NCBI RefSeq assembly: GCF_009914755.1
Contig: NC_060929.1
DNA length: 64,000 nucleotides
Strand: one strand, 5' to 3'
DNA from: the human T2T-CHM13v2.0 reference genome, Homo sapiens
The translations under genes were made by a program, and so were the position numbers. Below are positions 1 to 12,200 of the stretch, one piece after another. The notes beneath the pieces were generated by a model, which was given only the letters and a program-made list of their open reading frames with translations, did no database searches and was not told the origin of the DNA. Position 1 is the first letter of the stretch. Each line of letters begins with the position of its first letter.

Positions 1-30
1 TGCAAGTGGAGATTTCAGCCGCTTTGAAGT

Positions 31-47
31 CAAAGGTAGAAAAGGAA
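31..47 (+). promoter_or_regulatory. A-type (pJalpha-box position) motif in the monomers lacking a CENP-B box (first copy)
   Basis: CAAAGGTAGAAAAGGAA / CAATGGTAGAAAAGGAA sits at the position homologous to the CENP-B box in alternate monomers. Protein binding cannot be shown from sequence. Confidence 0.75.
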
Positions 48-201
48 ATATCTTCCTATAAAAACTAGACAGAATGATTCTCAGAAACTCCTTTGTGATG
101 TGTGCATTCAACTCACAGAGTTTAACCTTTCTTTTCATAGAGCAGTTAGGAAACACTCTGCTTGTAAAGTCTGCAAGTGGATATTCAGCCCTCTTTGAGG
201 C

Positions 202-218
202 CTTCGTTGGAAACGGGT
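202..218 (+). promoter_or_regulatory. CENP-B box (first copy; recurs every ~340 bp across the window)
   Basis: CTTCGTTGGAAACGGGT matches NTTCGNNNNANNCGGGN. Monomers b2 and b3 normally carry the GGGA-ending form; b1 and b4 end in GGG followed by a T7 tract. Confidence 0.97.
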
Positions 219-3200
219 TTTTTTCATATAAGGCTAGACAGAAGAATTCCCAGTAACTTCCTTGTGTTGTGTGTGTTCAACTCACAGAGTTGAACTTTCA
301 TTTACACAGAGCAGATTTGAAACACTCTTTTTGTGGAATTTGCAAGTGGAGATTTCAAGCGCTTTGAGGCCAAAGGCAGAAAAGGAAATATCTTCGTATA
401 AAAACTAGACAGAATCATTCTCAGAAACTGCTCTGCGATGTGTGCGTTCAACTCTCAGAGTTTAACTTTTCTTTTCATTCAGCAGTTTGGAAACACTCTG
501 TTTGTAAAGTCTGCACGTGGATATTTTGACCACTTAGAGGCCTTCGTTGGAAACGGGTTTTTTTCCTGTAAGGCTAGACAGAAGAATTCCCAGTAACTTC
601 CTTGTGTTGTGTACATTCAACTCACAGAGTTGAACGTTCCCTTAGACAGAGCAGATTTGAAACACTCTTTTTGTGCAATTGGCAAGTGGAGATTTCAAGC
701 GCTTTAAGGTCAATGGCAGAAAAGGAAATATCTTCGTTTCAAAACTAGACAGAATCATTCCCACAAACTGCGTTGTGATGTGTTCGTTCATCTCACAGAG
801 TTTAACCTTTCTTTTCATAGAGCAGTTAGGAAACAGTCTGTTTGTAAATTCTGTAAGTGGATATTCTGACATCTTGTGGCCTTCGTTGGAAACGGGATTT
901 CTTCATATTCTGCTAGACAGAAGAATTCTCAGAATCTTCCTTGTGTTGTGTGTATTCAACTCACAGAGTTGAACGATGGTTTACACAGAGCAGATTTGAA
1001 ACACTCTTTTTGTGGAATTTGCAAGTGGAGATTTCAGCCGCTTTGAGGTCAATGGTAGAAAAGGAAATATCTTCGTATAAAAACTAGACAGAATGATTCT
1101 CAGAAACTTCTTTGTGATGTGTGCGTTCAACTCACAGAGTTTAACCTTTCTTTTCATAGAGCAGTTAGGAAACACTCTGTTTGTAAACTCTGCAAGTGGA
1201 TATTCAGACCTCTTTGAGGCCTTCGTTGGAAACGGGATTTCTTCATACTGTGCTAGACAGAAGAATTCTCAGTAACTTCCTTGTGTTGTGTGTATTCAAC
1301 TCACAGAGTTGACCGATCCTTTACACAGAGCAGACTTGTAACACTCTTTTTGTGGAATTTGCAAGTGGAGATTTCAGCCGCTTTGAAGTCAAAGGTAGAA
1401 AAGGGAATATCTTCCTATAAAAACTAGACAGAATGATTCTCAGAAACTCCTTTGTGATGTGTGCGTTCAACTCACAGAGTTTAACCTTTCTTTTCATAGA
1501 GCAGTTAGGAAACACTCTGTTTCTAAAGTCTGCAAGTGGATATTCAGACCTCTTTGAGGCCTTCGTTGGAAACGGGTTTTTTTCATATAAGGCTAGAGAG
1601 AAGAATTCCCAGTAACTTCCTTGTGTTGTGTGTGTTCAACTCACAGAGTTGAACTTTCATTTACACAGAGCAGATTTGAAACACTCTTTTTGTGGAATTT
1701 GCAAGTGGAGATTTCAAGCGCTGTGAGGCCAAAGGCAGAAAAGGAAATATCTTCGTATAAAAACTAGACAGAATCGTTCTCAGAAACTGCTCTGCGATGT
1801 GTGCGTTCAACTCTCAGAGTTTAACTTTTCTTTTCATTCAGCAGTTTGGAAACACTCTGTTTGTAAAGTCTGCACGTGGATAATTTGACCACTTAGAGGC
1901 CTTCGTTGGAAACGGGTTTTTTTCATGTAAGGCTAGACAGAAGAATTCTCAGTAACTTCCTTGTGTTGTGTGTATTCAACTCACACAGTTGAACGATCCT
2001 TTACACAAAGCAGACTTGTAACACTCTTTTTGTGGAATTTGCAAGTGGAGATTTCAGCCGCTTTGAAGTCAAATGTAGAAAAGGAAATATCTTCCTATAA
2101 AAACTAGACAGAATGATTCTCAGAAACTCCTTTGTGATGTGTGCGTTCAACTCACAGAGTTTAACCTTTCTTTTCATAGAGCAGTTAGGAAACACTCTGT
2201 TTGTAAAGTCTGCAAGTGGATATTCAGACCTGTTTGAGGCCTTCGTTGGAAACGGGTTTTTTTCATATAAGGCTAGACAGAAGAATTCCCAGTAACTTCC
2301 TTGTGTTGTGTGTGTTCAACTCACAGAGTTGAACTTTCATTTACACAGAGCAGATTTGAAACACTCTTTTTGTGGAATTTGCAAGTGGAGATTTCAAGCG
2401 CTTTGAGGCCAAAGGCAGAAAAGGAAATATCTTCGTATAAAAACTAGACAGAATCATTCTCAGAAACTGCTCTGTGATGTGTGCGTTCAACTCTCAGAGT
2501 TTAACTTTTCTTTTCATTCAGCAGTTTGGAAACACTCTGTTTGTAAAGTCTGCACGTGGATAATTTGACCACTTAGAGGCCTTCGTTGGAAACGGGTTTT
2601 TTTCATGTAAGGCTAGACAGAAGAGTTCTCAGTAACTTCCTTGTGTTGTGTGTATTCAACTCACACAGTTGAACGATCCTTTACAGAGAGCAGACTTGTA
2701 ACACTCTTTTTGTGGAATTTGCAAGTGGAGATTTCAGCCGCTTTGAAGTCAAAGTAGAAAAGGAAATATCTTCCTATAAAAACTAGACAGAATGATTCTC
2801 AGAAACTCCTTTGAGATGTGTGTGTTCAACTCACAGAGTTTAACCTTTCTTTTCATAGAGCAGTTAGGAAACACTCTGTTTGTAAACTCTGCAAGTGGAT
2901 ATTCAGACCTCTTTGAGGCCTTCGTTGGAAACCGGATTTCTTCATACTGTGCTAGACAGAAGAATTCTCAGTAACTTCCTTGTGTTGTGTGTATTCAACT
3001 CACAGAGTTGAACGATCCTTTACACAGAGCAGACTTGGAACACTCTTTTTGTGGAATTTGCAAGTGGAGATTTCAGCCGCGTTGAGGTCAATGGTAGAAA
3101 AGGAAATATCTTCGTATAAAAACTAGACAGAATGATTCTCAGAAACTCCTTTGAGATGTGTGTGTTCAACTCACAGAGTTTAACCTTTCTTTTCATAGAG

Positions 3201-6200
3201 CAGTTAGGAATCACTCTGTTTGTAAAGTCTGCAAGTGGATATTCAGACCTCTTTGAGGCCTTCGTTGGAAACGGGTTTTTTTCATATAAGGCTAGACAGC
3301 AGAATTCCCAGTAACTTCCTTGTGTTGTGTGTGTTCAACTCACAGAGTTGAACTTTGATTTACACAGAGCAGATTTGAAACACTCTTTTTGTGGAATTTG
3401 CAAGTGGAGATTTCAAGCGCTTTGAGGCCAAAGGCAGAAAAGGAAATATCTTCGTATAAAAACTAGACAGAATCATTCTCAGAAACTGCTCTGCGATGTG
3501 TGCGTTCAACTCTCAGAGTTTAACTTTTCTTTTCATTCAGCAGTTTGGAAACACTCTGTTTGTAAAGTCTGCACGTGGATATTTTGACCACTTAGAGGCC
3601 TTCGTTGGAAACGGGTTTTTTTCCTGTAAGGCTAGACAGAAGAATTCCCAGTAACTTCCTTGTGTTGTGTACATTCAACTCACAGAGTTGAACGTTCCCT
3701 TAGACAGAGCAGATTTGAAACACTCTTTTTGTGCAATTGGCAAGTGGAGATTTCAAGCGCTTTAAGGTCAATGGCAGAAAAGGAAATATCTTCGTTTCAA
3801 AACTAGACAGAATCATTCCCAAAAACTGCGTTGTGATGTGTTCGTTCATCTCACAGAGTTTAACCTTTCTTTTCATAGAGCAGTTAGGAAACACTCTGTT
3901 TGTAAATTCTGTAAGTGGATATTCTGACATCTTGTGGCCTTCGTTGGAAACGGGATTTCTTCATATTCTGCTAGACAGAAGAATTCTCAGAATCTTCCTT
4001 GTGTTGTGTGTATTCAACTCACACAGTTGAACGATGGTTTACACAGAGCAGATTTGAAACACTCTTTTTGTGGAATTTGCAAGTGGAGATTTCAGCCGCT
4101 TTGAGGTCAATGGTAGAAAAGGAAATATCTTCGTATAACAACTAGACAGAATGATTCTCAGAAACTTCTTTGTGATGTGTGCGTTCAACTCACAGAGTTT
4201 AACCTTTCTTTTCATAGAGCAGTTAGGAAACACTCTGTTTGTAAACTCTGCAAGTGGATATTCAGACCTCTTTGAGGCCTTCGTTGGAAACGGGATTTCT
4301 TCATACTGTGCTAGACAGAAGAATTCTCAGTAACTTCCTTGTGTTGTGTGTATTCAACTCACAGAGTTGAACGATCCTTTACACAGAGCAGACTTGGAAC
4401 ACTCTTTTTGTGGAATTTGCAAGTGGAGATTTCAGCCGCGTTGAGGTCAATGGTAGAAAAGGAAATATCTTCGTATAAAAACTAGACAGAATGATTCTCA
4501 GAAACTCCTTTGAGATGTGTGTGTTCAACTCACAGAGTTTAACCTTTCTTTTCATAGAGCAGTTAGGAATTACTCTGTTTGTAAAGTCTGCAAGTGGATA
4601 TTCAGACCTCTTTGAGGCCTTCGTTGGAAACGGGTTTTTTTCATATAAGGCTAGACAGAAGAATTCCCAGTAACTTCCTTGTGTTGTGTGTGTTCAACTC
4701 ACAGAGTTGAACTTTCATTTACACAGAGCAGATTTGAAACACTCTTTTTGTGGAATTTGCAAATGGAGATTTCAAGCGCTTTGAGGCCAAAGGCAGAAAA
4801 GGAAATATCTTCGTATAAAAACTAGACAGAATCATTCTCAGAAACTGCTCTGCGATGTGTGCGTTCAACTCTCAGAGTTTAACTTTGCTTTTCATTCAGC
4901 AGTTTGGAAACACTCTGTTTGTAAAGTCTGCACGTGGATAATTTGACCACTTAGAGGCCTTCGTTGGAAACGGGTTTTTTTCATGTAAGGCTAGACAGAA
5001 GAATTCTCAGTAACTTCCTTGTGTTGTGTGTATTCAACTCACAGAGTTGAACGATCCTTTACACAGAGCAGACTTGTAACACTCTTTTTGTGGAATTTGC
5101 AAGTGGAGATTTCAGCCGCTTTGAAGTCAAATGTAGAAAAGGAAATATCTTCCTATAAAAACTAGACAGAATGATTCTCAGAAACTCCTTTGTGATGTGT
5201 GCGTTCAACTCACAGAGTTTAACCTTTCTTTTCATAGAGCAGTTAGGAAACACTGTGTTTTTAAACTCTGCAAGTGGATATTCAGACCTCTTTGAGGCCT
5301 TCGTTGGAAACGGGTTTCTTCATACTGTGCTAGACAGAAGAATTCTCAGTAACTTCCTTGTGTTGTGTGTATTCAACTCACAGAGTTGAACGATCCTTTA
5401 CACAGAGCAGACTTGAAACACTCTTTTTGTGGAATTTGCAAGTGGAGATTTCAGCCGCGTTGAGGTCAATGGTAGAAAAGGAAATATCTTCGTATAAAAA
5501 CTAGACAGAATGATTCTCAGAAACTCCTTTGTGATGTGTGTGTTCAACTCACAGAGTTTAACATTTCTTTTCATAGAGCAGTTAGGAAACACTCTGTTTG
5601 TAAAGTCTGCAAGTGGATATTCAGACCTCTTTGAGGCCTTCGTTGGAAACGGGTTTTTTTCATATAAGGCTAGACAGAAGAATTCCCAGTAACTTCCTTG
5701 TGTTGTGTGTGTTCAACTCACAGAGTTGAACTTTCATTTACACAGAGCAGATTTGAAACACTCTTTTTGTGGAATTTGCAGGTGGAGATTTCAAGTGCTT
5801 TGAGGCCAAAGGCAGAAAAGGAAATATCTTCGTATAAAAACTAGACAGAATCATTCTCAGAAACTGCTCTGCGATGTGTGCGTTCAACTCTCAGAGTTTA
5901 ACTTTTCTTATCATTCAGCAGTTTGGAAACACTCTGTTTGTAAAGTCTGCACGTGGATAATTTGACCACTTAGAGGCCTTCGTTGGAAACGGGTTTTTTT
6001 CCTGTAAGGCTAGACAGAAGAATTCCCAGTAACTTCCTTGTGTTGTGTACATTCAACTCACAGAGTTGAACGTTCCCTTAGACAGAGCAGATTTGAAACA
6101 CTCTTTTTGTGCAATTGGCAAGTGGAGATTTCAAGCGCTTTAAGGTCAATGGCAGAAAAGGAAATATCTTCGTTTCAAAACTAGACAGAATCATTCCCAA

Positions 6201-9200
6201 AAACTGCGTTGTGATGTGTTCGTTCATCTCACAGAGTTTAACCTTTCTTTTCATAGAGCAGTTAGGAAACACTCTGTTTGTAAATTCTGTAAGTGGATAT
6301 TCTGACATCTTGTGGCCTTCGTTGGAAACGGGATTTCTTCATATTCTGCTAGACAGAAGAATTCTCAGAATCTTCCTTGTGTTGTGTGTATTCAACTCAC
6401 ACAGTTGAACGATGGTTTACACAGAGCAGATTTGAAACACTCTTTTTGTGGAATTTGCAAGTGGAGATTTCAGCCGCTTTGAGGTCAATGGTAGAAAAGG
6501 AAATATCTTCGTATAACAACTAGACAGAATGATTCTCAGAAACTTCTTTGTGATGTGTGCGTTCAACTCACAGAGTTTAACCTTTCTTTTCATAGAGCAG
6601 TTAGGAAACACTCTGTTTGTAAACTCTGCAAGTGGATATTCAGACCTCTTTGAGGCCTTCGTTGGAAACGGGATTTCTTCATACTGTGCTAGACAGAAGA
6701 ATTCTCAGTAACTTCCTTGTGTTGTGTGTATTCAACTCACAGAGTTGAACGATCCTTTACACAGAGCAGACTTGGAACACTCTTTTTGTGGAATTTGCAA
6801 GTGGAGATTTCAGCCGCGTTGAGGTCAATGGTAGAAAAGGAAATATCTTCGTATAAAAACTAGACAGAATGATTCTCAGAAACTCCTTTGAGATGTGTGT
6901 GTTCAACTCACAGAGTTTAACCTTTCTTTTCATAGAGCAGTTAGGAATCACTCTGTTTGCAAAGTCTGCAAGTGGATATTCAGACCTCTTTGAGGCCTTC
7001 GTTGGAAACGGGTTTTTTTCATATAAGGCTAGACAGAAGAATTCCCAGTAACTTCCTTGTGTTGTGTGTGTTCAACTCACAGAGTTGAACTTTCATTTAC
7101 ACAGAGCAGATTTGAAACACTCTTTTTGTGGAATTTGCAAATGGAGATTTCAAGCGCTTTGAGGCCAAAGGCAGAAAAGGAAATATCTTCGTATAAAAAC
7201 TAGACAGAATCATTCTCAGAAACTGCTCTGCGATGTGTGCGTTCAACTCTCAGAGTTTAACTTTGCTTTTCATTCAGCAGTTTGGAAACACTCTGTTTGT
7301 AAAGTCTGCACGTGGATAATTTGACCACTTAGAGGCCTTCGTTGGAAACGGGTTTTTTTCATGTAAGGCTAGACAGAAGAATTCTCAGTAACTTCCTTGT
7401 GTTGTGTGTATTCAACTCACAGAGTTGAACGATCCTTTACACAGAGCAGACTTGTAACACTCTTTTTGTGGAATTTGCAAGTGGAGATTTCAGCCGCTTT
7501 GAAGTCAAATGTAGAAAAGGAAATATCTTCCTATAAAAACTAGACAGAATGATTCTCAGAAACTCCTTTGTGATGTGTGCGTTCAACTCACAGAGTTTAA
7601 CCTTTCTTTTCATAGAGCAGTTAGGAAACACTCTGTTTGTAAAGTCTGCAAGTGGATATTCAGCCCTCTTTGAGGCCTTCGTTGGAAACGGGTTTTTTTC
7701 ATATAAGGCTAGACAGAAGAATTCCCAGTAACTTCCTTGTGTTGTGTGTGTTCAACTCACAGAGTTGAACTTTCATTTACACAGAGCAGATTTGAAACAC
7801 TCTTTTTGTGGAATTTGCAAGTGGAGATTTCAAGCGCTTTGAGGCCAAAGGCAGAAAAGGAAATATCTTCGTATAAAAACTAGACAGAATCATTCTCAGA
7901 AACTGCTCTGCGATGTGTGCGTTCAACTCTCAGAGTTTAACTTTTCTTTTCATTCAGCAGTTTGGAAACACTCTGTTTGTAAAGTCTGCACGTGGATATT
8001 TTGACCACTTAGAGGCCTTCGTTGGAAACGGGTTTTTTTCCTGTAAGGCTAGACAGAAGAATTCCCAGTAACTTCCTTGTGTTGTATACATTCAACTCAC
8101 AGAGTTGAACGTTCCCTTAGACAGAGCAGATTTGAAACACTCTTTTTGTGCAATTGGCAAGTGGAGATTTCAAGCGCTTTGAGGTCAATGGCAGAAAAGG
8201 AAATATCTTCGTTTCAAAACTAGACAGAATCATTCCCGCAAACTGCGTTGTGATGTGTTCGTTCAACTCACAGAGTTTAACCTTTCTTTTCATAGAGCAG
8301 TTAGGAAACAGTCTGTTTGAAAATTCTGTAAGTGGATATTCTGACATCTTGTGGCCTTCGTTGGAAACGGGATTTCTTCATATTCTGCTAGACAGAAGAA
8401 TTCTCAGAATCTTCCTTGTGTTGTGTGTATTCAACTCACACAGTTGAACGATAGTTTACACAGAACAGATTTGAAACACTCTTTTTGTGGAATTTGCAAG
8501 TGGAGATTTCAGCCGCTTTGAGGTCAATGGTAGAAAAGGAAATATCTTCGTATAAAAACTAGACAGAATGATTCTCAGAAACTTCTTTGTGATGTGTGCG
8601 TTCAACTCACAGAGTTTAACCTTTCTTTTCATAGAGCAGTTAGGAAACACTCTGTTTGTAAACTCTGCAAGTGGATATTCAGACCTCTTTGAGGCCTTCG
8701 TTGGAAACGGGATTTCTTCATACTGTGCTAGACAGAAGAATTCTCAGTAACTTCCTTGTGTTGTGTGTATTCAACTCACAGAGTTGACCGATCCTTTACA
8801 CAGAGCAGACTTGTAACACTCTTTTTGTGGAATTTGCAAGTGGAGATTTCAGCCGCTTTGAAGTCAAAGGTAGAAAAGGGAATATCTTCCTATAAAAACT
8901 AGACAGAATGATTCTCAGAAACTCCTTTGTGATGTGTGCGTTCAACTCACAGAGTTTAACCTTTCTTTTCATAGAGCAGTTAGGAAACACTCTGTTTCTA
9001 AAGTCTGCAAGTGGATATTCAGACCTGTTTGAGGCCTTCGTTGGAAACGGGTTTTTTTCATATAAGGCTAGAGAGAAGAATTCCCAGTAACTTCCTTGTG
9101 TTGTGTGTGTTCAACTCACAGAGTTGAACTTTCATTTACACAGAGCAGATTTGAAACACTCTTTTTGTGGAATTTGCAAGTGGAGATTTCAAGCGCTGTG

Positions 9201-12200
9201 AGGCCAAAGGCAGAAAAGGAAATATCTTCGTATAAAAACTAGACAGAATCGTTCTCAGAAACTGCTCTGCGATGTGTGCGTTCAACTCTCAGAGTTTAAC
9301 TTTTCTTTTCATTCAGCAGTTTGGAAACACTCTGTTTGTAAAGTCTGCACGTGGATAATTTGACCACTTAGAGGCCTTCGTTGGAAACGGGTTTTTTTCA
9401 TGTAAGGCTAGACAGAAGAATTCTCAGTAACTTCCTTGTGTTGTGTGTATTCAACTCACACAGTTGAACGATCCTTTACACAAAGCAGACTTGTAACACT
9501 CTTTTTGTGGAATTTGCAAGTGGAGATTTCAGCCGCTTTGAAGTCAAATGTAGAAAAGGAAATATCTTCCTATAAAAACTAGACAGAATGATTCTCAGAA
9601 ACTCCTTTGTGATGTGTGCGTTCAACTCACAGAGTTTAACCTTTCTTTTCATAGAGCAGTTAGGAAACACTCTGTTTGTAAAGTCTGCAAGTGGATATTC
9701 AGACCTGTTTGAGGCCTTCGTTGGAAACGGGTTTTTTTCATGTAAGGCTAGACAGAAGAATTCCCAGTAACTTCCTTGTGTTGTGTGTGTTCAACTCACA
9801 GAGTTGAACTTTCATTTACACAGAGCAGATTTGAAACACTCTTTTTGTGGAATTTGCAAGTGGAGATTTCAAGCGCTTTGAGGCCAAAGGCAGAAAAGGA
9901 AATATCTTCGTATAAAAACTAGACAGAATCATTCTCAGAAACTGCTCTGTGATGTGTGCGTTCAACTCTCAGAGTTTAACTTTTCTTTTCATTCAGCAGT
10001 TTGGAAACACTCTGTTTGTAAAGTCTGCACGTGGATAATTTGACCACTTAGAGGCCTTCGTTGGAAACGGGTTTTTTTCATGTAAGGCTAGACAGAAGAG
10101 TTCTCAGTAACTTCCTTGTGTTGTGTGTATTCAACTCACACAGTTGAACGATCCTTTACAGAGAGCAGACTTGTAACACTCTTTTTGTGGAATTTGCAAG
10201 TGGAGATTTCAGCCGCTTTGAAGTCAAAGTAGAAAAGGAAATATCTTCCTATAAAAACTAGACAGAATGATTCTCAGAAACTCCTTTGTGATGTGTGCGT
10301 TCAACTCACAGTGTTTAACCTTTCTTTTCATAGAGCAGTTAGGAAACACTCTGTTTGTAAAGTCTGAAAGTGGATATTCAGACCTCTTTGAGGCCTTCGT
10401 TGGAAACGGGTTTTTTTCATATAAGGCTAGACAGAAGAATTCCCAGTAACTTCCTTGTGTTGTGTGTGTTCAACTCACAGAGTTGAACTTTCGTTTACAC
10501 AGAGCAGATTTGAAACACTCTTTTTGTGGAATTTGCAAGTGGAGATTTCAAGCGCTTTGAGGCCAAAGGCAGAAAAGGAAATATCTTCGTATAAAAACTA
10601 GACAGAATGATTCTCAGAAACTTCTTTGTGATGTGTGCGTTCAACTCACAGAGTTTAACCTTTCTTTTCATAGAGCAGTTAGGAAACACTCTGTTTGTAA
10701 ACTCTGCAAGTGGATATTCAGACCTCTTTGAGGCCTTCGTTGGAAACCGGATTTCTTCATACTGTGCTAGACAGAAGAATTCTCAGTAACTTCCTTGTGT
10801 TGTGTGTATTCAACTCACAGAGTTGAACGATCCTTTACACAGAGCAGACTTGGAACACTCTTTTTGTGGAATTTGCAAGTGGAGATTTCAGCCGCGTTGA
10901 GGTCAATGGTAGAAAAGGAAATATCTTCGTATAAAAACTAGACAGAATGATTCTCAGAAACTCCTTTGAGTTGTGTGTGTTCAACTCACAGAGTTTAACC
11001 TTTCTTTTCATAGAGCAGTTAGGAATCACTCTGTTTGTAAAGTCTGCAAGTGGATATTCAGACCTCTTTGAGGCCTTCGTTGGAAACGGGTTTTTTTCAT
11101 ATAAGGCTAGACAGCAGAATTCCCAGTAACTTCCTTGTGTTGTGTGTGTTCAACTCACAGAGTTGAACTTTGATTTACACAGAGCAGATTTGAAACACTC
11201 TTTTTGTGGAATTTGCAAGTGGAGATTTCAAGCGCTTTGAGGCCAAAGGCAGAAAAGGAAATATCTTCGTATAAAAACTAGACAGAATCATTCTCAGAAA
11301 CTGCTCTGCGATGTGTGCGTTCAACTCTCAGAGTTTAACTTTTCTTTTCATTCAGCAGTTTGGAAACACTCTGTTTGTAAAGTCTGCACGTGGATATTTT
11401 GACCACTTAGAGGCCTTCGTTGGAAACGGGTTTTTTTCCTGTAAGGCTAGACAGAAGAATTCCCAGTAACTTCCTTGTGTTGTGTACATTCAACTCACAG
11501 AGTTGAACGTTCCCTTAGACAGAGCAGATTTGAAACACTCTTTTTGTGCAATTGGCAAGTGGAGATTTCAAGCGCTTTAAGGTCAATGGCAGAAAAGGAA
11601 ATATCTTCGTTTCAAAACTAGACAGAATCATTCCCAAAAACTGCGTTGTGATGTGTTCGTTCATCTCACAGAGTTTAACCTTTCTTTTCATAGAGCAGTT
11701 AGGAAACACTCTGTTTGTAAATTCTGTAAGTGGATATTCTGACATCTTGTGGCCTTCGTTGGAAACGGGATTTCTTCATATTCTGCTAGACAGAAGAATT
11801 CTCAGAATCTTCCTTGTGTTGTGTGTATTCAACTCACACAGTTGAACGATGGTTTACACAGAGCAGATTTGAAACACTCTTTTTGTGGAATTTGCAAGTG
11901 GAGATTTCAGCCGCTTTGAGGTCAATGGTAGAAAAGGAAATATCTTCGTATAAAAACTAGACAGAATGATTCTCAGAAACTTCTTTGTGATGTGTGCGTT
12001 CAACTCACAGAGTTTAACCTTTCTTTTCATAGAGCAGTTAGGAAACACTCTGTTTGTAAACTCTGCAAGTGGATATTCAGACCTCTTTGAGGCCTTCGTT
12101 GGAAACGGGATTTCTTCATACTGTGCTAGACAGAAGAATTCTCAGTAACTTCCTTGTGTTGTGTGTATTCAACTCACAGAGTTGAACGATCCTTTACACA

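Noticed and set aside
215-224. GGG followed by T7 resembling an intrinsic or Pol III terminator
   Set aside because: It is the fixed sequence at the end of the CENP-B box in b1/b4 monomers, with no upstream hairpin or transcription unit. The T6 variants (~23661, 25699, 36231) are only lineage markers.
514-519. E-box CACGTG in every b1 monomer
   Set aside because: A 6-bp motif multiplied by repeat amplification, likely CpG-methylated; there is no evidence for a regulatory role.
8084-8089. Loss of the RsaI marker (GTATAC at ~8084, 43755, 49871, 57346) and of EcoRI (GAGTTC) in some units
   Set aside because: Ordinary shared SNVs; they would change restriction patterns but add nothing beyond the duplications already reported.
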